This document shows positions 25,691-38,813 of a stretch of 64,000 nt of DNA, piece by piece. Within the stretch, counting starts at the first letter, position 1. Every line of letters begins with the position of its first letter. The notes beneath the pieces were generated by a model. That model ran no database searches. It was not told the DNA's origin and was given only the letters and a program-made list of their open reading frames with translations. The translations under genes were made by a program, and so were the position numbers. Source of the stretch: Mobula hypostoma (lineage: Eukaryota); the NCBI RefSeq assembly GCF_963921235.1, contig NC_086108.1:62436001-62500000 (forward strand). Reading direction: 5' to 3'.

Positions 25691-26499
25691 TTTGAGAACT
25701 CAGCTAAGGCAATTGAATTAATTAGTGGCATGAAGTTGGGAAGGCATGAAGCTGAAGCACAGGGAAGTACCACATTGTATGGACTGTTAAATTTGTTGAT
25801 TTACGTGTTGAGGAAATGCGTAATTAAAAAAAACTCTGTAGTTCCATTTAATTTTGAAGGGCTATCTGTCTTACTAGACTTTTTACTGGGAAGGCAAGCT
25901 GAAGGACAAAGGAAATGAACCTGCTCTGCTGGCTGGTTTTGATGCCCAGAAAACAATCACTGGTCACCTGGAATTCCAAGGAGTTATGTCTTTTCCATTC
26001 CTCAAGTGCAGTAGAATCAGAGCCAGACTGGGCTAATTCCGTCAAACGTGCATTCACATTCAAACACAATACTATTAGAAATACTGGAAAATCTTGCTGA
26101 ATATGAATTACTTAGGAGGCTTAGAGAAAATTCCTTCCTGCAACAGCTTTCAAGAGTACCTATGAGTGACATGAACAGTTGGCTCAGCTATCATTAGGAA
26201 TGCCAGTTCTTCTGAAATACTTCTGATAGGGCTCCAAGACATCCTTCTTCTACCTATTCCCATATTCCTATCATGGTCACTCCACTTCCTCAACCATAAT
26301 ATTTTTAATGTGCCTGGATTGCTTGCTGAAATCAGATCAATCTTTTATTCCCAAACTATGACTACCCTATCTGTGATATACCTCATGGTAAAATAGCTTG
26401 CTGAAATATAGAGTCCCACATACTGTATATGGAAATGTAATTGGGCGGGATGTGATAAAATGAAGGACTTATGAACTTCATCACAGCATCTCAGAAGAA

Positions 26500-27335
26500 C
26501 AAATAAATTATGCCTCTTACATGCCTTTCAGAAAATATCCCAATTATTTTACAGCCACTTGAAGGGCAATCATCTTTTTGTAAGGGCAATCATTGTTTTT
26601 GTACATTCCAGGCATTTTGACCATAGCTATCTTTCCCAAATAGCAATGTGATGGTCTTTTCATATATTTGTGGGTCTTTTTTGGGAGGGGAGATCTGGCT
26701 GTCACAGAAAGGCCAGCCTGTATTACCCCTCTCTAGCTGCCCATGAGAAAGTGGCATTCAGTTGTCTTCTTGAACTGATGTTGTTCTAGAGGATGTATAC
26801 CTGTGTGCTGATGAGAATGGTGTTTCAGGATTTAAACACAGTAATGACAAAGGAACAGGAACAAATTAGAATGGTGCAGAATTTGAAGCTGGTGGTGTTG
26901 CCATGTAGCTGCTGCCCATGTGTTTGTGATTTGGGAGGTGCTGTTAGAGTGGTCAGGGCAAGTAAGAGCAGTGCATTTTATGGATGGTATTCTCTATGGC
27001 CATAATGGGCAGCTGTTGGAGATAATGACTAATTAGTGTAGTTGATGGGATGCTAGTTAAATTTGCCCCCTTTGTCCTTAATGTTGCTGAGCTTCTTGAG
27101 AATTGTTCTTGTTTCACACCAACAACCAGATGCTGGTTGAGGGATTAATATTGGTGAGTACACAAGGAATAAACTTTCTCTCCCTTTCCAAAATTATACC
27201 ATAGAATCAATTAGTAATGAAGACCAGTGCTCAGTTTAATCCCTCATTAGAAAGATGGGATTTCTAAACCTGCAATAGCCCTTCAGGCCTGGACAGAAAT
27301 GTGAGCCAAGAACTTACTGTTTAAGTCTCCTTAAG
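26500..27335 (-). mobile_element. Deu-domain SINE (SacSINE1/AmnSINE1-like), interrupted by an old LINE fragment at ~26665-27115
   Basis: Blocks gcctttca..tcccaa..tttacagcca, tagcaatgtgat, ggttgagggattaatattgg and tcagtttaat..ctcat..gaaaga are colinear with the remembered Deu-SINE consensus. Confidence 0.6.
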
Positions 27336-28489
27336 GAGGAGAATGTAGTTATGATGGTTTCCAGTTCTTTACTGATATGGATGAGCTATGAGTCCTGAGG
27401 AATGAGTAAACTGGCTTATCTCTGCACCATTAAACTATTTACTCGGAAATGCTACTGAAAGGTTCAAAAGATTACACAAGGGAGCTTTGTGAAAAAAAAG
27501 CATTAGTGTATCAGTTCAGGAGTACAGCCAGCCACAGAGAGCTGTGTTAAGCGGTTCTGAGAAATGCCAGTAGATAAAGCTGGTGCCAGGTGGCAACTGT
27601 TTCTACAAATATGTCAAGGTTTGTTTTCATTTGATTCTTCTTTGTACCAAGTGACCCTGATATGCATGCTTACAGAGAAAGGAGCCCCATACCCAATGTA
27701 AATTCTGGCAGCATAGCCACCGATGGCTTATGATTTGAATCTAGCATCCGGCCACCCTGATAAGGCCTAACTGAATGCACGGAGGCAAGTTGCCTTGGCT
27801 TCAGTGAAAGAAAATATTTTGCTGCACATGTTATCATGAGCATTTCAGTCAATATTTCTCAGTCCAGTCATTCAGTGATGGGAGAAAGCAGAGATTTACC
27901 ATAACCAAAAAATACTGATAGATAACTTCGGTAAGAGCAGAAGCTCAAAACATTGATTTTAGTGGAAGAGTTATTAGACTTTCTATTGTTATGATTTTGT
28001 TATTTTCCCCTTTTCTTGTTGTAAGGATGCTGATTTGAGGCTGGCTTCTTTCTATACCTTATGCAGGTTATTCTTTGTTTGGAACCCTGCACCAAAATTG
28101 CATTGAAGCATAATTCTACCTGAGAAGCTTTTAATGATACTGATCAGCTTTGGAGAAATTTAGCCAATTTGCTGTCTTGTCTGCCTGGAATTCCCAAAGG
28201 CAGTTTTACTGTCTGAAGGTTAATGTTCAGATCTCAGGACTTGTAATTAGATTGGGTTTTGTTCAGTGACAGAAATATATACATACAGACTGCTGAGCAA
28301 ATTTGTATCCGAACAGAACTTTATCACTGTGATGCAGGCCACATAAGCTCAGCTGAAGATTTACCAGTAGAAGTTCAACTGACTGCAGCAGGGAAAGCAG
28401 CCATTAAGCCCATTTGGTCCCAGAAGAGCAATCTCAATCATCTTCTCTTTATTTTCTCTTTAGCTCAGCATCTTACTCCCTCTTGTGTT

Positions 28490-28787
28490 GGTGCGTGGCC
28501 AAGTGGTTAAGGCGTTGGTCCAGTGATCTGAAGGTTGCTGGTTCGAGCCTCAGCTGAGGCAGCGTGTTGTGTCCCTGAGTAAGGCACTTAACCACACATT
28601 TTTCTGTGACGACGCTGGTGCCAAGCTGTATTGGCCCTAGTGCCTTTCCTTGGTGTGTGGAGAGGGGAGACTTGCAGCATGGGCAACTGCCAGTCTTCCA
28701 TACAACCTTGCCCAGGCCTGCGCCCTGGAAACCTTCCAAGGTGCAAATCCATGGTCTCACAAGACTAACGGATGCCTATATATATAT
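28490..28787 (+). mobile_element. tRNA-derived SINE with a CORE-like central block
   Basis: A box TGGCCAAGTGG, B box GGTTCGAGCC, gtgtccctgagtaaggcacttaacc, (TA)n tail, TSD tccctcttgtgtt (28477-28489) / tccctcttatatt (28788-28800). Confidence 0.85.
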
Positions 28788-28839
28788 TCCCTCTTATATT
28801 CACATCTCCCCTTTTGACTCTTTTTTGCCAATAGCTTAC

Positions 28840-30492
28840 AAAGTTCAACATTCAAAGGAAATTTATTATCAAACTACATATGTTTCACCATATACAACCC
28901 TGAGGTTTGTTTTTTTTGCAGGCATACTCAATAAATTAAATAATAACCATGACAGAATCAATGGAAGACCGGACCAACTTGGGCATTCAAGCAATGTGCA
29001 CAAACCAACGAACTGTGCAAATACAAAAAGAAAGAAACAATAATAATAATAAACAATACGTATTGAGAACACGAGATGAAGAGTCTTTGAAAGTGAGATC
29101 ATAGGTGGTGGGAAAGTCTCGGTGATGGCGCAAGTGGAGCTGAGTGAAGTTATCTTGTTTAGTTCAAGCGCCCGATGGTTGGGGGGTAATAACTATTCCT
29201 GAATCTGGTGGTGTGAGTTTGAAGGCTCCTGATGGAAGCAGCGAGAAGAGAGTATGACCTGGGTGATGGGGGTCCCTGATGATAGACACTGTTTTCCTGG
29301 GCCGCTTCATGTAGAGGTGCTCAGTGGTGAGGAGGGATTTACCCATGATGGACTGAATCATCTGCTACTTTTTGTAGGGTTTTCCATTAAAGGGCATTGG
29401 TGTTATAGTCTGCAGAGCAGACTCAATGGGCCGAATGGCCTACTTCTGCTCCTTTGTCTTATGGTCTTGTGGTGTTTCCATACCAGGCTCTGATGCAGCC
29501 AATCCATATACTCTCCACTACACACCAATGGAAGTTTGTGAAAGTTTTAGATGTCTTGCCAAATCTTTGCAAACTCCTAAGGAGGTACAAGCAATGATGT
29601 GCTTTCTTTGCTGGGCCCAGGACAGGTCCTCTGAAATTGAGGAGTTTAAAGTTGCTGACCCTTTCCACCTCTGATCTTCTGATGAAGACTGGGTCATGGA
29701 TCTCTGGTTTCCTTCTCCCAAAGTCAATAATCAGCTCGCTGGTCTTGCTGACATTGAGTAAGAGGTGGTTGTTATAGCAACACTCAGTCAGATTTTCAAT
29801 CTCCCTCCTATATGCTGGCTCATCACCACCTTAGATTTGGCCTGTGACAAAGTTGTCATCAGCAAACTTAAAAATGGCATTGGAACTGTGCTTAACCTCA
29901 CAGTCATAAGTGTAAAGTGAGTAGAGCGGGGGGCTAAACACTCAGCCTTGTGATGCACTTGTGCTGATGGAAATTGTGGAGATGTTGTTGCCAATCTGAA
30001 TTGACTGGGGTTTGCAAGTGAGGTAATTGAGGAACCAATTGCACAAGGAGGTATTGAGGCCAAGGCCTTGAAGCTTAATGATTAGTTTTGATGGGACGAT
30101 GGTACTGAATACTGAGCTGTAGTTGATAAAGGGCATCCTGATGTATGCATCTTTGCTGTCCAGATGTTCTAGGGTTGAGTGAAAAGCCAATGAGAAAGTA
30201 TCTGCTGTGGACTTGTTGTTCTGGTAGGAAAATTGGAGTGGACCCAAGTTGCTACTTAGGCAGGAGTTGATATGTTTCATCACCAACCTCTCAAAACAGT
30301 TCATCACTGTGGATGTAAGTGCTACTGGGTGATGGTCATTGAGGTAGGTCACCGCGTTCTTCTTGGACACCAGTATAATTGAAGCCAGCTTGAAGCAGGT
30401 GGGTACCTCAGACTGCTGGAGCAAGAGGTTAAAGATATCAGTGAACACTCCAGCTAGTTGATCAGCACAGGTCTTTAGTCCTTCTCCAGGTA
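28840..30492 (-). mobile_element. Rex1/Babar LINE, 5'-truncated, with a 65-bp CR1 tail inserted at 29405-29469
   Basis: [43 protein letters not shown]. Inner TSD TGGTGTT at 29398-29404 / 29470-29476. Confidence 0.9.
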
Positions 30493-30514
30493 CGCCATAT
30501 GAGTCAATAGAGAT

Positions 30515-30640
30515 GGTTTCTATTTGCCAATTAACCTGCCAGCACATCCTTGGAAAATGGAAGGAAACTGGATCATCCAGGGAAACCCTCATATTCACAG
30601 GGAAAACATACAAACTCCACACTGAGAGCACCAGAAATCA
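30515..30640 (-). mobile_element. V-SINE fragment
   Basis: ggaaaccc...acagggaaaacatacaaactccacac is the reverse complement of the V-domain. Confidence 0.7.
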
Positions 30641-31612
30641 GAATTGCCAGAGCAATTGCTCATACACTGGGAAGTCGCATTTACTTGAGCATTTGATGTG
30701 CAAAGAATTCATTTCAGCTATGATTCAACTTGCACTTGAAAGGGCTGTTAATGTTTACTAAACAGATTGCCTACTGGTGGACAATAGTTTCAGGTGAGAT
30801 AACAGAGGCCTGTGCTGCTGATGGAACTATATTTCAGCACAACTTACTAATTCCATGTGGTGCAAGGGAGTGCTGGGAAAAAGAGAACTAGCTATTTTGA
30901 TGTTTTTGCCAGATACATAATACAGGCAATTTCTGTAAATTTAATTTGGGTCGCAGCATTTTTATGTTGTAATTTCAGTTAAATTATTCTTCAGTTAAAT
31001 CTACTGTAAAGCAGACTGAAAGCTAAAAGTAGAAAACATTAGTCATAATTATTTTTGGCTAAATTTTTGGATTCAGTTTCAACGTCCATAAGCAATATGT
31101 AAAATATTGCCTACATACACAAAATATATTTACTAGGCATGGTTTCCTTTCAATCACTTGTATTTAAGAATAGTTTGACTTAGAGGAATTTCAATGTTGC
31201 AATGATGCACGTGGACTGTAATGTATCTCCCAATCTGGGATCCACTCGTATTCAAATATAGCATAACTGCTCATTGCTTGGGACAACAGACATCTTGACA
31301 CCAGTCTTGATCCACTGAGTGAGTGCTGGGCTGGAGATGGTCAGTTTAAATAACAAGTGTGTACACTTTGTTCTGGAGCCATTAACTGGAAGACGAACAT
31401 CACCGTCTAAGAGTGTGTTTCACTGTCCAGAATAAGCTGGTCTGGCAGTTCAGTGACTCCCCCTGTAGAATTATTGAACATCATCTGACCATTTGTCTCA
31501 CTCTATCATAGAACTAACACACTATATGGTCATTAGTGCATAAACCATCCATCTAGAGGCATTGTGGACTCTGTGACAGCTCCAAAGACATTTCAGGAAG
31601 CCACACGTCTTA

Positions 31613-32108
31613 CTATAGTCATAGTCATACTTTATTGATCCCGAGGGAAATTGGTTTTTGTTACAGTTGCACCATAAATAATAAATAGTAATAAAACCAT
31701 AAATAATTAAATAGTAATATGTATATTATGCCAGGAAATCAGTCCAGGACCAGCCTAGTGGCTCAGGGTGTCTGACCCACCAAGGGAGGAGTTGTAAAGT
31801 TTGATGGCCATAGGCAGGAATGACTTCCTATGACGCTCAGTGCTGCATCTCGGTGGAATGAGTCTCTGGCTGAATGTATTCCTGTGCCCAACCAGTACAT
31901 TATGTAGTGGATGGGAGACATTGACCAAGATGGCATGCAACTTGGACAGCATCCTCTTTTCAGACACCACTGTCAGAGAGTCCAGTTCCATCCCCTCGAC
32001 ATCACTGGCCTTACGAATGAGTTTGTTGATTCTGTTGGTGTCTGCTACCCTCAGCCTGCTGCCCCAGCACACAACAGCAATCGTGATAGCACTAGCCACC
32101 ACAGACTA
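31613..32108 (-). mobile_element. Rex1/Babar LINE 3' fragment
   Basis: VVASAITIAVVCWG...SHPLH...RHRKSFLPMAIKLYNSS; (TATGAC)n tail. Confidence 0.85.
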
Positions 32109-32489
32109 GGCCTCATTAAAGCCTTAAACTCCAAATAGAATCGGCTATGGAACATCCTCTTCAGATTCAGCTGTCCTTAGAAAATTGTCTTCAGGATGAC
32201 ACACAAGTCATGATATTTACCAATTAAATGCAACAGAACCAATCCCAGTGGTGTTAAACAGGCTATATCTTTGCTCCCAACACTTTTCATGATTTTTCGT
32301 CCATTGACTATCACAAATCACTGACCTATGATATTGGACATGGAGAAGGCGTAGTTGGGCTGGATTAAGAACTTCAAGTCCATGCATTGGGAGCAACAGA
32401 TCCCCATATCAGTGGCAGAAGGAATGAACAATCTCTTATATGCCCAACCCAACAGACATCTACTGCCTCTTCTATAAAGAGCCTACAGT

Positions 32490-32765
32490 GCTTATTTAGA
32501 GATACAGTGTAGAACAATGCCTTCTAGCCTACCGAGTCTTACCACCTATCAACCCACCTATTTAACACTAGCCTAATCACAGAGCAATTTACAATGATCA
32601 ATTTACCTACTAACAGTATGTCTTTGGACTGTTGGTGGAAACGGGAGCACTTGGAGGAAGCCCATGTGGCTCAATATGAGAACATACAAACTCCTTATGG
32701 ACAGCGCCTGAATTGAATTTAGATCTGTAAGAGTATTTCATTAACTGCTATGCTACTGTGGCACT
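32490..32765 (-). mobile_element. V-SINE (HE1-like) with a CR1-derived tail
   Basis: V-domain (ggaaacgggagcacttggaggaagccca...gagaacatacaaactcc), degenerate tRNA head at the right end, CR1-type 3' end at the left. Confidence 0.75.
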
Positions 32766-32999
32766 CAAATTAGCTCAAGTCTCATAAAACTAGAATGGAG
32801 GCTAGTTATCCTTGATCCAGAGGCATTGTCAGGAAAGGCGAGGAGAATGTTTGCATTGACTGCTGGAAAACTTGCAGGAAAGGAAGTTGCTGTTCAGAAA
32901 ATATTCTCCAAATGTGATCAGCTGGGACAACAGTTGCATTTTAACCTGGCGGAAACCTGACAGAAAGGCAGTCAGATACTTAAGGGAACTTATCTGTTC

Positions 33000-35900
33000 C
33001 TTTGCAGGTAGGTTTGCTAGCATGGTTCGGGAGGGTTTAAACTAATTTGCGAGGGGAGTGGGACCCAGATCGATAGAGCAGTGAAAGAACTGCATGGAGT
33101 AAAGCCAGATCTAACCTACAGAGAGGCTTTGAGGAAAGAGAAGCAGAATAAACAGTGTAAAGACAGTAAGGTAGAAGGGCTGAAATGTGTGTACCTCAAT
33201 GCAAGAAGCATCAGGAACAAAGGTGATGAACTGAGAGCTTGGATACATACATGGAATTATGATGTAGTTGCCATTACAGAGACTTGGCTGGCACCAGGGT
33301 AGGAATGGATTCTCAATATTCCTGGATTTCAGTGCTTTAAAAGGGATAGAGAGGGCGGAAAAAGGGGAGGAGGGGTGGCATTACTGGTCAGGGATACTAT
33401 TACAGCTACAGAAAGGGTGGGGAATGTAGCAGGATCCTCTTTTGAGTCAATATGGGTGGAAGTCAGGAACAGGAAGGGAGCAGTTACTATACTGGGGGTA
33501 TTCTATAGGCCCCCTGGTAGCAGCAGAGATACAGAGGAGCAGATTGGGAGGCAGATTTTGGAAAGGTGCAAAAATAACAGGGTTGTTATCATGGGTGACT
33601 TTAACTTCCCTAACATTGATTGGCACCTGATTAGTTCCAAGGGTTTAGATGGGGCAGAGTTTGTTGAGTGTGTCCAGGGTGGATTCCTGTCACAGTATGT
33701 GTACAGGCCGACTAGGGGGAATGCCATACTAGATCTAGTACTAGGTAATGAACTGGGTCAGGTCACAGATCTCTCAGTGGGTGAGCATCTGGGGGACAGT
33801 GACCACCGCTCCCTGGCCTTTATAATTATCATGGAAAAGGATAGAATCAAAGAGGACAGGAAAATTTTTAATTGGGGAAAGGCAAATTATGAGGCTATAA
33901 GGCTAGAACATGTGGGTGTGAATTGGGATGATGATTTTGCAGGGAAATGTACTATGGACATGTGGTCGATGTTTAGAGATCTCCTGCGGGATGCAAGAGA
34001 TAAATTTGTCCCGGTGAGGAAGATAAAGAATGGTAGGGTGAAGGAACCATGGGTGACAAGTGAGGTGGAAAATCTAGTCAGGTGGAAGAAGGCAGCATAC
34101 ATGAGGTTTAGGAAGCAAGGATCAGATGTGTCTATTGAGGACTATAGGGAAGCAAGAAAGGAGCTTAAGAAGGGGCTGAGAAGAGCAAGGAGGGGGCATG
34201 AGAAGGCCTTGGCGAGTAGGGTAAATGAAAACCCCAAGGCATTCTTCAATTTTGTGAAGAACAAAAGGATGACAGGTGTGAAGGTAGGACCGATTAGAGA
34301 TAAAGGTGGGAAGATGTGCCTGGAGGCTGTGGAAGTGAATGAGGTCCTCAATGAATACTTCTCTTCGGTATTCACTAACGAGAGGGAACTTGATGACGGT
34401 GAGGACAATATGAGTGAGGTTGATGTTCTGAAGCATGTTGATATTAAGGGAGAGGAGGTGTTGGAGTTGTTAAAATACATTAGGACAGATAAGTCCCCAG
34501 GGCCTGACGGAATATTCCCCAGGCTGCTCCACAAGGCGAGAGAAGAGATTGCTGAGCCTCCGGCTAGGATCTTTATGTCCTTGTTGTCCACGGGAATGGT
34601 ACCGGAAGATTGGAGGGAGGCGAATGTTGTTCCTTTGTTCAAAAAAGGTAGTAGGGATAGTCCGGGTAATTATAGACCCAGTGAGCCTTATGTCTGTGGT
34701 GGGAAAGCTGTTGGAAAAGATTCTTAGAGATAGGATCTATAGGCGTTTAGAGAATCATGGTCTGATCAGGGACAATCAGCATGGCTTTGTGAAGGGCAGA
34801 TCGTGTCTAACAAGCCTGATAGAGTTCTTTGAGGAGGTGACCAGGCATATAGATGAGGGTAGTGCAGTGGATGTGATCTATATGGATTTTAGTAAGGCAT
34901 TTGACAAGGTTCCACACGGTAGGCTTATTCAGAAAGTTAGAAGGCATGGGATCCAGGGAAGTTTGGCCAGGTGGATTCAGAATTGGCTTGCCTGCAGAAG
35001 GCAGAGGGTGGTGGTGGAGGGAGTACATTCAGATTGGAGGATTGTGACTAGTGGTGTCCCACAAGGATCTGTTCTGGGACCTCTACTTTTCGTGATTTTT
35101 ATTAACGACTTGGATGTTGGGGTAGAAGGGTGGGTTGGCAAGTTTGCAGATGACACAAAGGTTGGTGGTGTTGTAGATAGTGTAGAGGATTGTCAAAGAT
35201 TGCAGAGAGACATTGATAGGATGCAGAAGTGGGCTGAGAAGTGGCAGATGGAGTTCAACCCGGAGAAATGTGAGGTGGTACACTTTGGAAGGACAAACTC
35301 CAAGGCAGAGTACAAAGTAAATGGCAGGATACTTGGTAGTGTGGAGGAGCAGAGGGATCTCAGGGTACATGTCCACAGATCCCTGAAAGTTGCCTCACAG
35401 GTGGATAGGGTAGTTAAGAAAGCTTATGGGGTGTTGGCTTTCATAAGTCGAGGGATAGAGTTTAAGAGTCACGATGTAATGATGCAGCTCTACAAAACTC
35501 TGGTTAGGCCACACTTGGAGTACTGTGTCCAGTTCTGGTCGCCTCACTATAGGAAGGATGTGGAAGCATTGGAAAGGGTACAGAGGAGATTTACCAGGAT
35601 GCTGCCTGTTTTAGAGAGTATGCATTATGATCAGAGATTAAGGGAGCTAGGGCTTTACTCTTTGGAGAGAAGGAGGATGAGAGGAGACATGATGGAGGTG
35701 TACAAGATAATAAGAGGAATAGATAAGAGTGGATAGCCAGCGCCTCTTCCCCAGGGCACCACTGCTCAATACAAGAGGACATGGCTTTAAGGTAAGAGGT
35801 GGGAAGTTCAAGGGGGATATTAGAGGAAGGTTTTTTACTCAGAGAGTGGTTGGTGCATGGAATGCATTGTCTGAGTCAGTGGTGGAGGCAGATACACTAG

Positions 35901-36037
35901 TGAAGTTTAAGAGACTACTAGACAGGTATATGGAGGAATCTAAGGTGGGGGCTTATATGGGAGGCAGGGTTTGAGGGTTGGCACAACATTGTGGGCCGAA
36001 GGGCCTGTACTGTGCTGTACTATTCTATGTTCTATGT
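33000..36037 (+). mobile_element. Near-complete CR1 ORF2 (APE plus RT), recently inactivated
   Basis: YLNARSI, VAITETWL, MGDFN, GDSDH, KSPGPDG, MDFSKAFDKVPH, GVPQGS, KFADD. One stop (~33300) and frameshifts near 34680 and 35725. (TTCTATG)n tail. Confidence 0.95.
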
Positions 36038-37534
36038 TTACCAATCTGATCCAAAGGCCTAGAATTTTATTATGTAGACAGCAAGGTCTTTCACCCAAGC
36101 AAACTTTAAATGTGAAGATCAAACTTCAATAATCATTTAACCTTTTGTCCAAATCATTAAACCCTTTTGGGGTCTCCAAGTATTGGTTCTTTTCTTTTTC
36201 ATGTTGGGGAGAGGAGTTGATGTCTTTTCTTTCATCAACACCCATGGTCTTTCTGTATTTCATGGCTACTTGGAGTAGACAAATATCAGAGTTGTGTCGT
36301 ACATGCATACTTTGACAATAAAATGAACCTTTGAACCTTTTGAAGAGTAGATGCAGATTTTGTTAAAAGAGATATTCAAAATTCTGTATATAGCTACCGC
36401 TTCCTGATCATTTGGACATGCAAGTGCAATCAAAGCTTTCTCCATAAGCACCAATAAAAAAATCTGCCAATACAATCTCAAAATGTGCAGGCACCATTTG
36501 ACCAATGGGATATTGTCCAATACTTTCTCTTTATTTATTTTAGTTGCTGTTGATTTCTTAATTATTAGGATGGAAAAGTAAATTTTGGAATCAATCTTCC
36601 AGTCTGCAATACTAACTGGCATAAAGCACATAAAGCAGCTTCACTGTGCTCCTGAGCACGAAGTGAAAGATTCCTTTGGGGTTCCCATTCCTATTACGAT
36701 CCATTCAAGCTTGGTGGCAATTTGTTATGAGATGGGGAGAGATTCAATGCTAAAGTAAAGATACCAGTAAACTGCCAGAACCTTAGTGTCACCTCTGTTC
36801 TGCAGCTAGTGCCTAAGGAACAGAATCAGTGGTTTTGAAAGCAAACATAAGTTAAAGATAAAGAAGGAAAGTATAAGGGAAGAAAAGCTCGGCAAGATTG
36901 GCTGGTATCCACTCCTTCTGTTTATGGGCCTAGATGCAAATAATTCCCATCTGAACAAAGACTTCAGTTAACAAATAAAGCCAATTTGGACTTGATCCCA
37001 GAATAGATCAGGTCCAAATGAGCAGTATGAGTACACGATGAACTGAGAGCAATGCTTTAAGTGCTTTTGCTTGGAACTGTCACCAATATATACTAATGAT
37101 TTACTGGTCTGTAATATAATGATAGCTTGCTCCTATCACTCCTGATGGCTAACAGCATTAACCCATTAAGGATATGTTTGCTAGAAATTGGATTTCACTC
37201 ATATTTAGAGTTCTATATGCACTGAATTTTGTTAATGCCCAATTAGTTCACCAGCAATGTATAACAAAATCGACTAAAAACAGCTATAAAAAATGTCTGG
37301 GATGGTATGCACTTGTCAACAAGTTTTAAAACAGGACCTACAGAGACCTCAACCAATGTACTGCACTTGCAAATGATTGCTTGCACAGCAATACCAAGAG
37401 GATGGTAATCCTTAAAGGTACATGCCGCATCAGAGGCTGACAAGAGGAATGCAAATTCTGTCTGCTAGGAAGGAGAGCTAGATAGATCCTAGATTGACCA
37501 GGGGGATGTTGAGGTTCCAGTGCTTCAAATAGAT

Positions 37535-38774
37535 TCATAGTCACATAGTAGTGCAGCACAGATATAAACCCTTCCACCCAATAAGTCCATACTGACCGTG
37601 TTCTGCACCTAGCTAGTCCCACTTTTCTGTGTTCAACACTTATTCCTCCAGGTCCCTCCCTTCCGTGTACCTATCCAATTGCTTTGTAAATGATGCTCTT
37701 GAACCTGCCTCAACTACTTCCTTTGGCAGCTCATTCCACAGTCTCACCTCCCTCTGCATGAAACAGTTCCCCCTCAAGCCCCATTTAAATTCTTCCTCTT
37801 GAAGCTTAAATCTATGCCCTCAAGACTTGAACTCCCTTACCCAGGGGAAAAGACTGATACTGTACACCTTCCATAATTTTAAATATTTTTGAGGTTGCCC
37901 CACCCCCACTGTTCTTGTACATTCCACAGAATAAAGAGTTAGTCTGACCAACCTCTCCCTATAACTCAGGCCTTCTAATCCTGGCAACATCACCATAAGT
38001 CCTTTCTGCATTGTTTACAGTTTAACCACATCTTTCCTGTAGTGCAGTGACAAAAACTGTACTCCAAGTGTGGCCCTATCAAGGACTTATACAACTGCAA
38101 CATAATGTTCCAACTCCAATATAAGTGTCCCGACTGCTGAAGGACAGTGTACTAAACACCCTTTCCACCACTCTGCCTAGTTGGGACTCTGCTTTCAGCG
38201 AGCTATGTGCTTGGACCACTTAATTCATCAATTCCATTACAGTCTCTTTTGCCCTGCCATTCATAGTACAAGCCCTACTCTGGTTTGACTTTCAAAATCT
38301 ATCTCTGCACACTTCTCTGTATTAAAATTCATTTGCCACTCCTTAGCCCACTTCACTAACTAATCAACTTTCCCCTGAAATCTACAATAAACTTCATCAC
38401 TATCAACACCAACTCTTAATTTTGTGTCATTTGTAATCTTGCTGATCAAGCCTTGTGCATTTGTAACAGAATTATTTCTATAAATAACAAATAACAAGGG
38501 TCCCAAAACTGACCCCTGTGGTATACCATGAGATTCAGATTAATTTACTTATTACATCTACATTGAAACATATAGAGAACTACATTGTTTGCTTAACAGC
38601 CAGCACAACCTCAGGATGTGTTGGTGGCAGCCCGCAAGTGTCACCACACATACTGGAGTTAAAATTGAAGACCAGCAATGTTCCAAGAGCAATACAAGCA
38701 GCAACAACAACAATAATGGCAACAAAACAAAGCTACAACAATAAAAAATGCCCCTTTCTTCCCTCCCATGCACC

Positions 38775-38813
<39 letters not shown>

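Noticed and set aside
28490..28560. tRNA gene
   Set aside because: No pairing acceptor stem; continues into a CORE-like body, tail and TSD, so it is a SINE head.
34142..34642. Antisense ORFs over CR1 and Rex RT regions (also 19322-19726 and 25202-25492)
   Set aside because: Typical stop-free shadows of long retroelement ORFs with no independent motifs.
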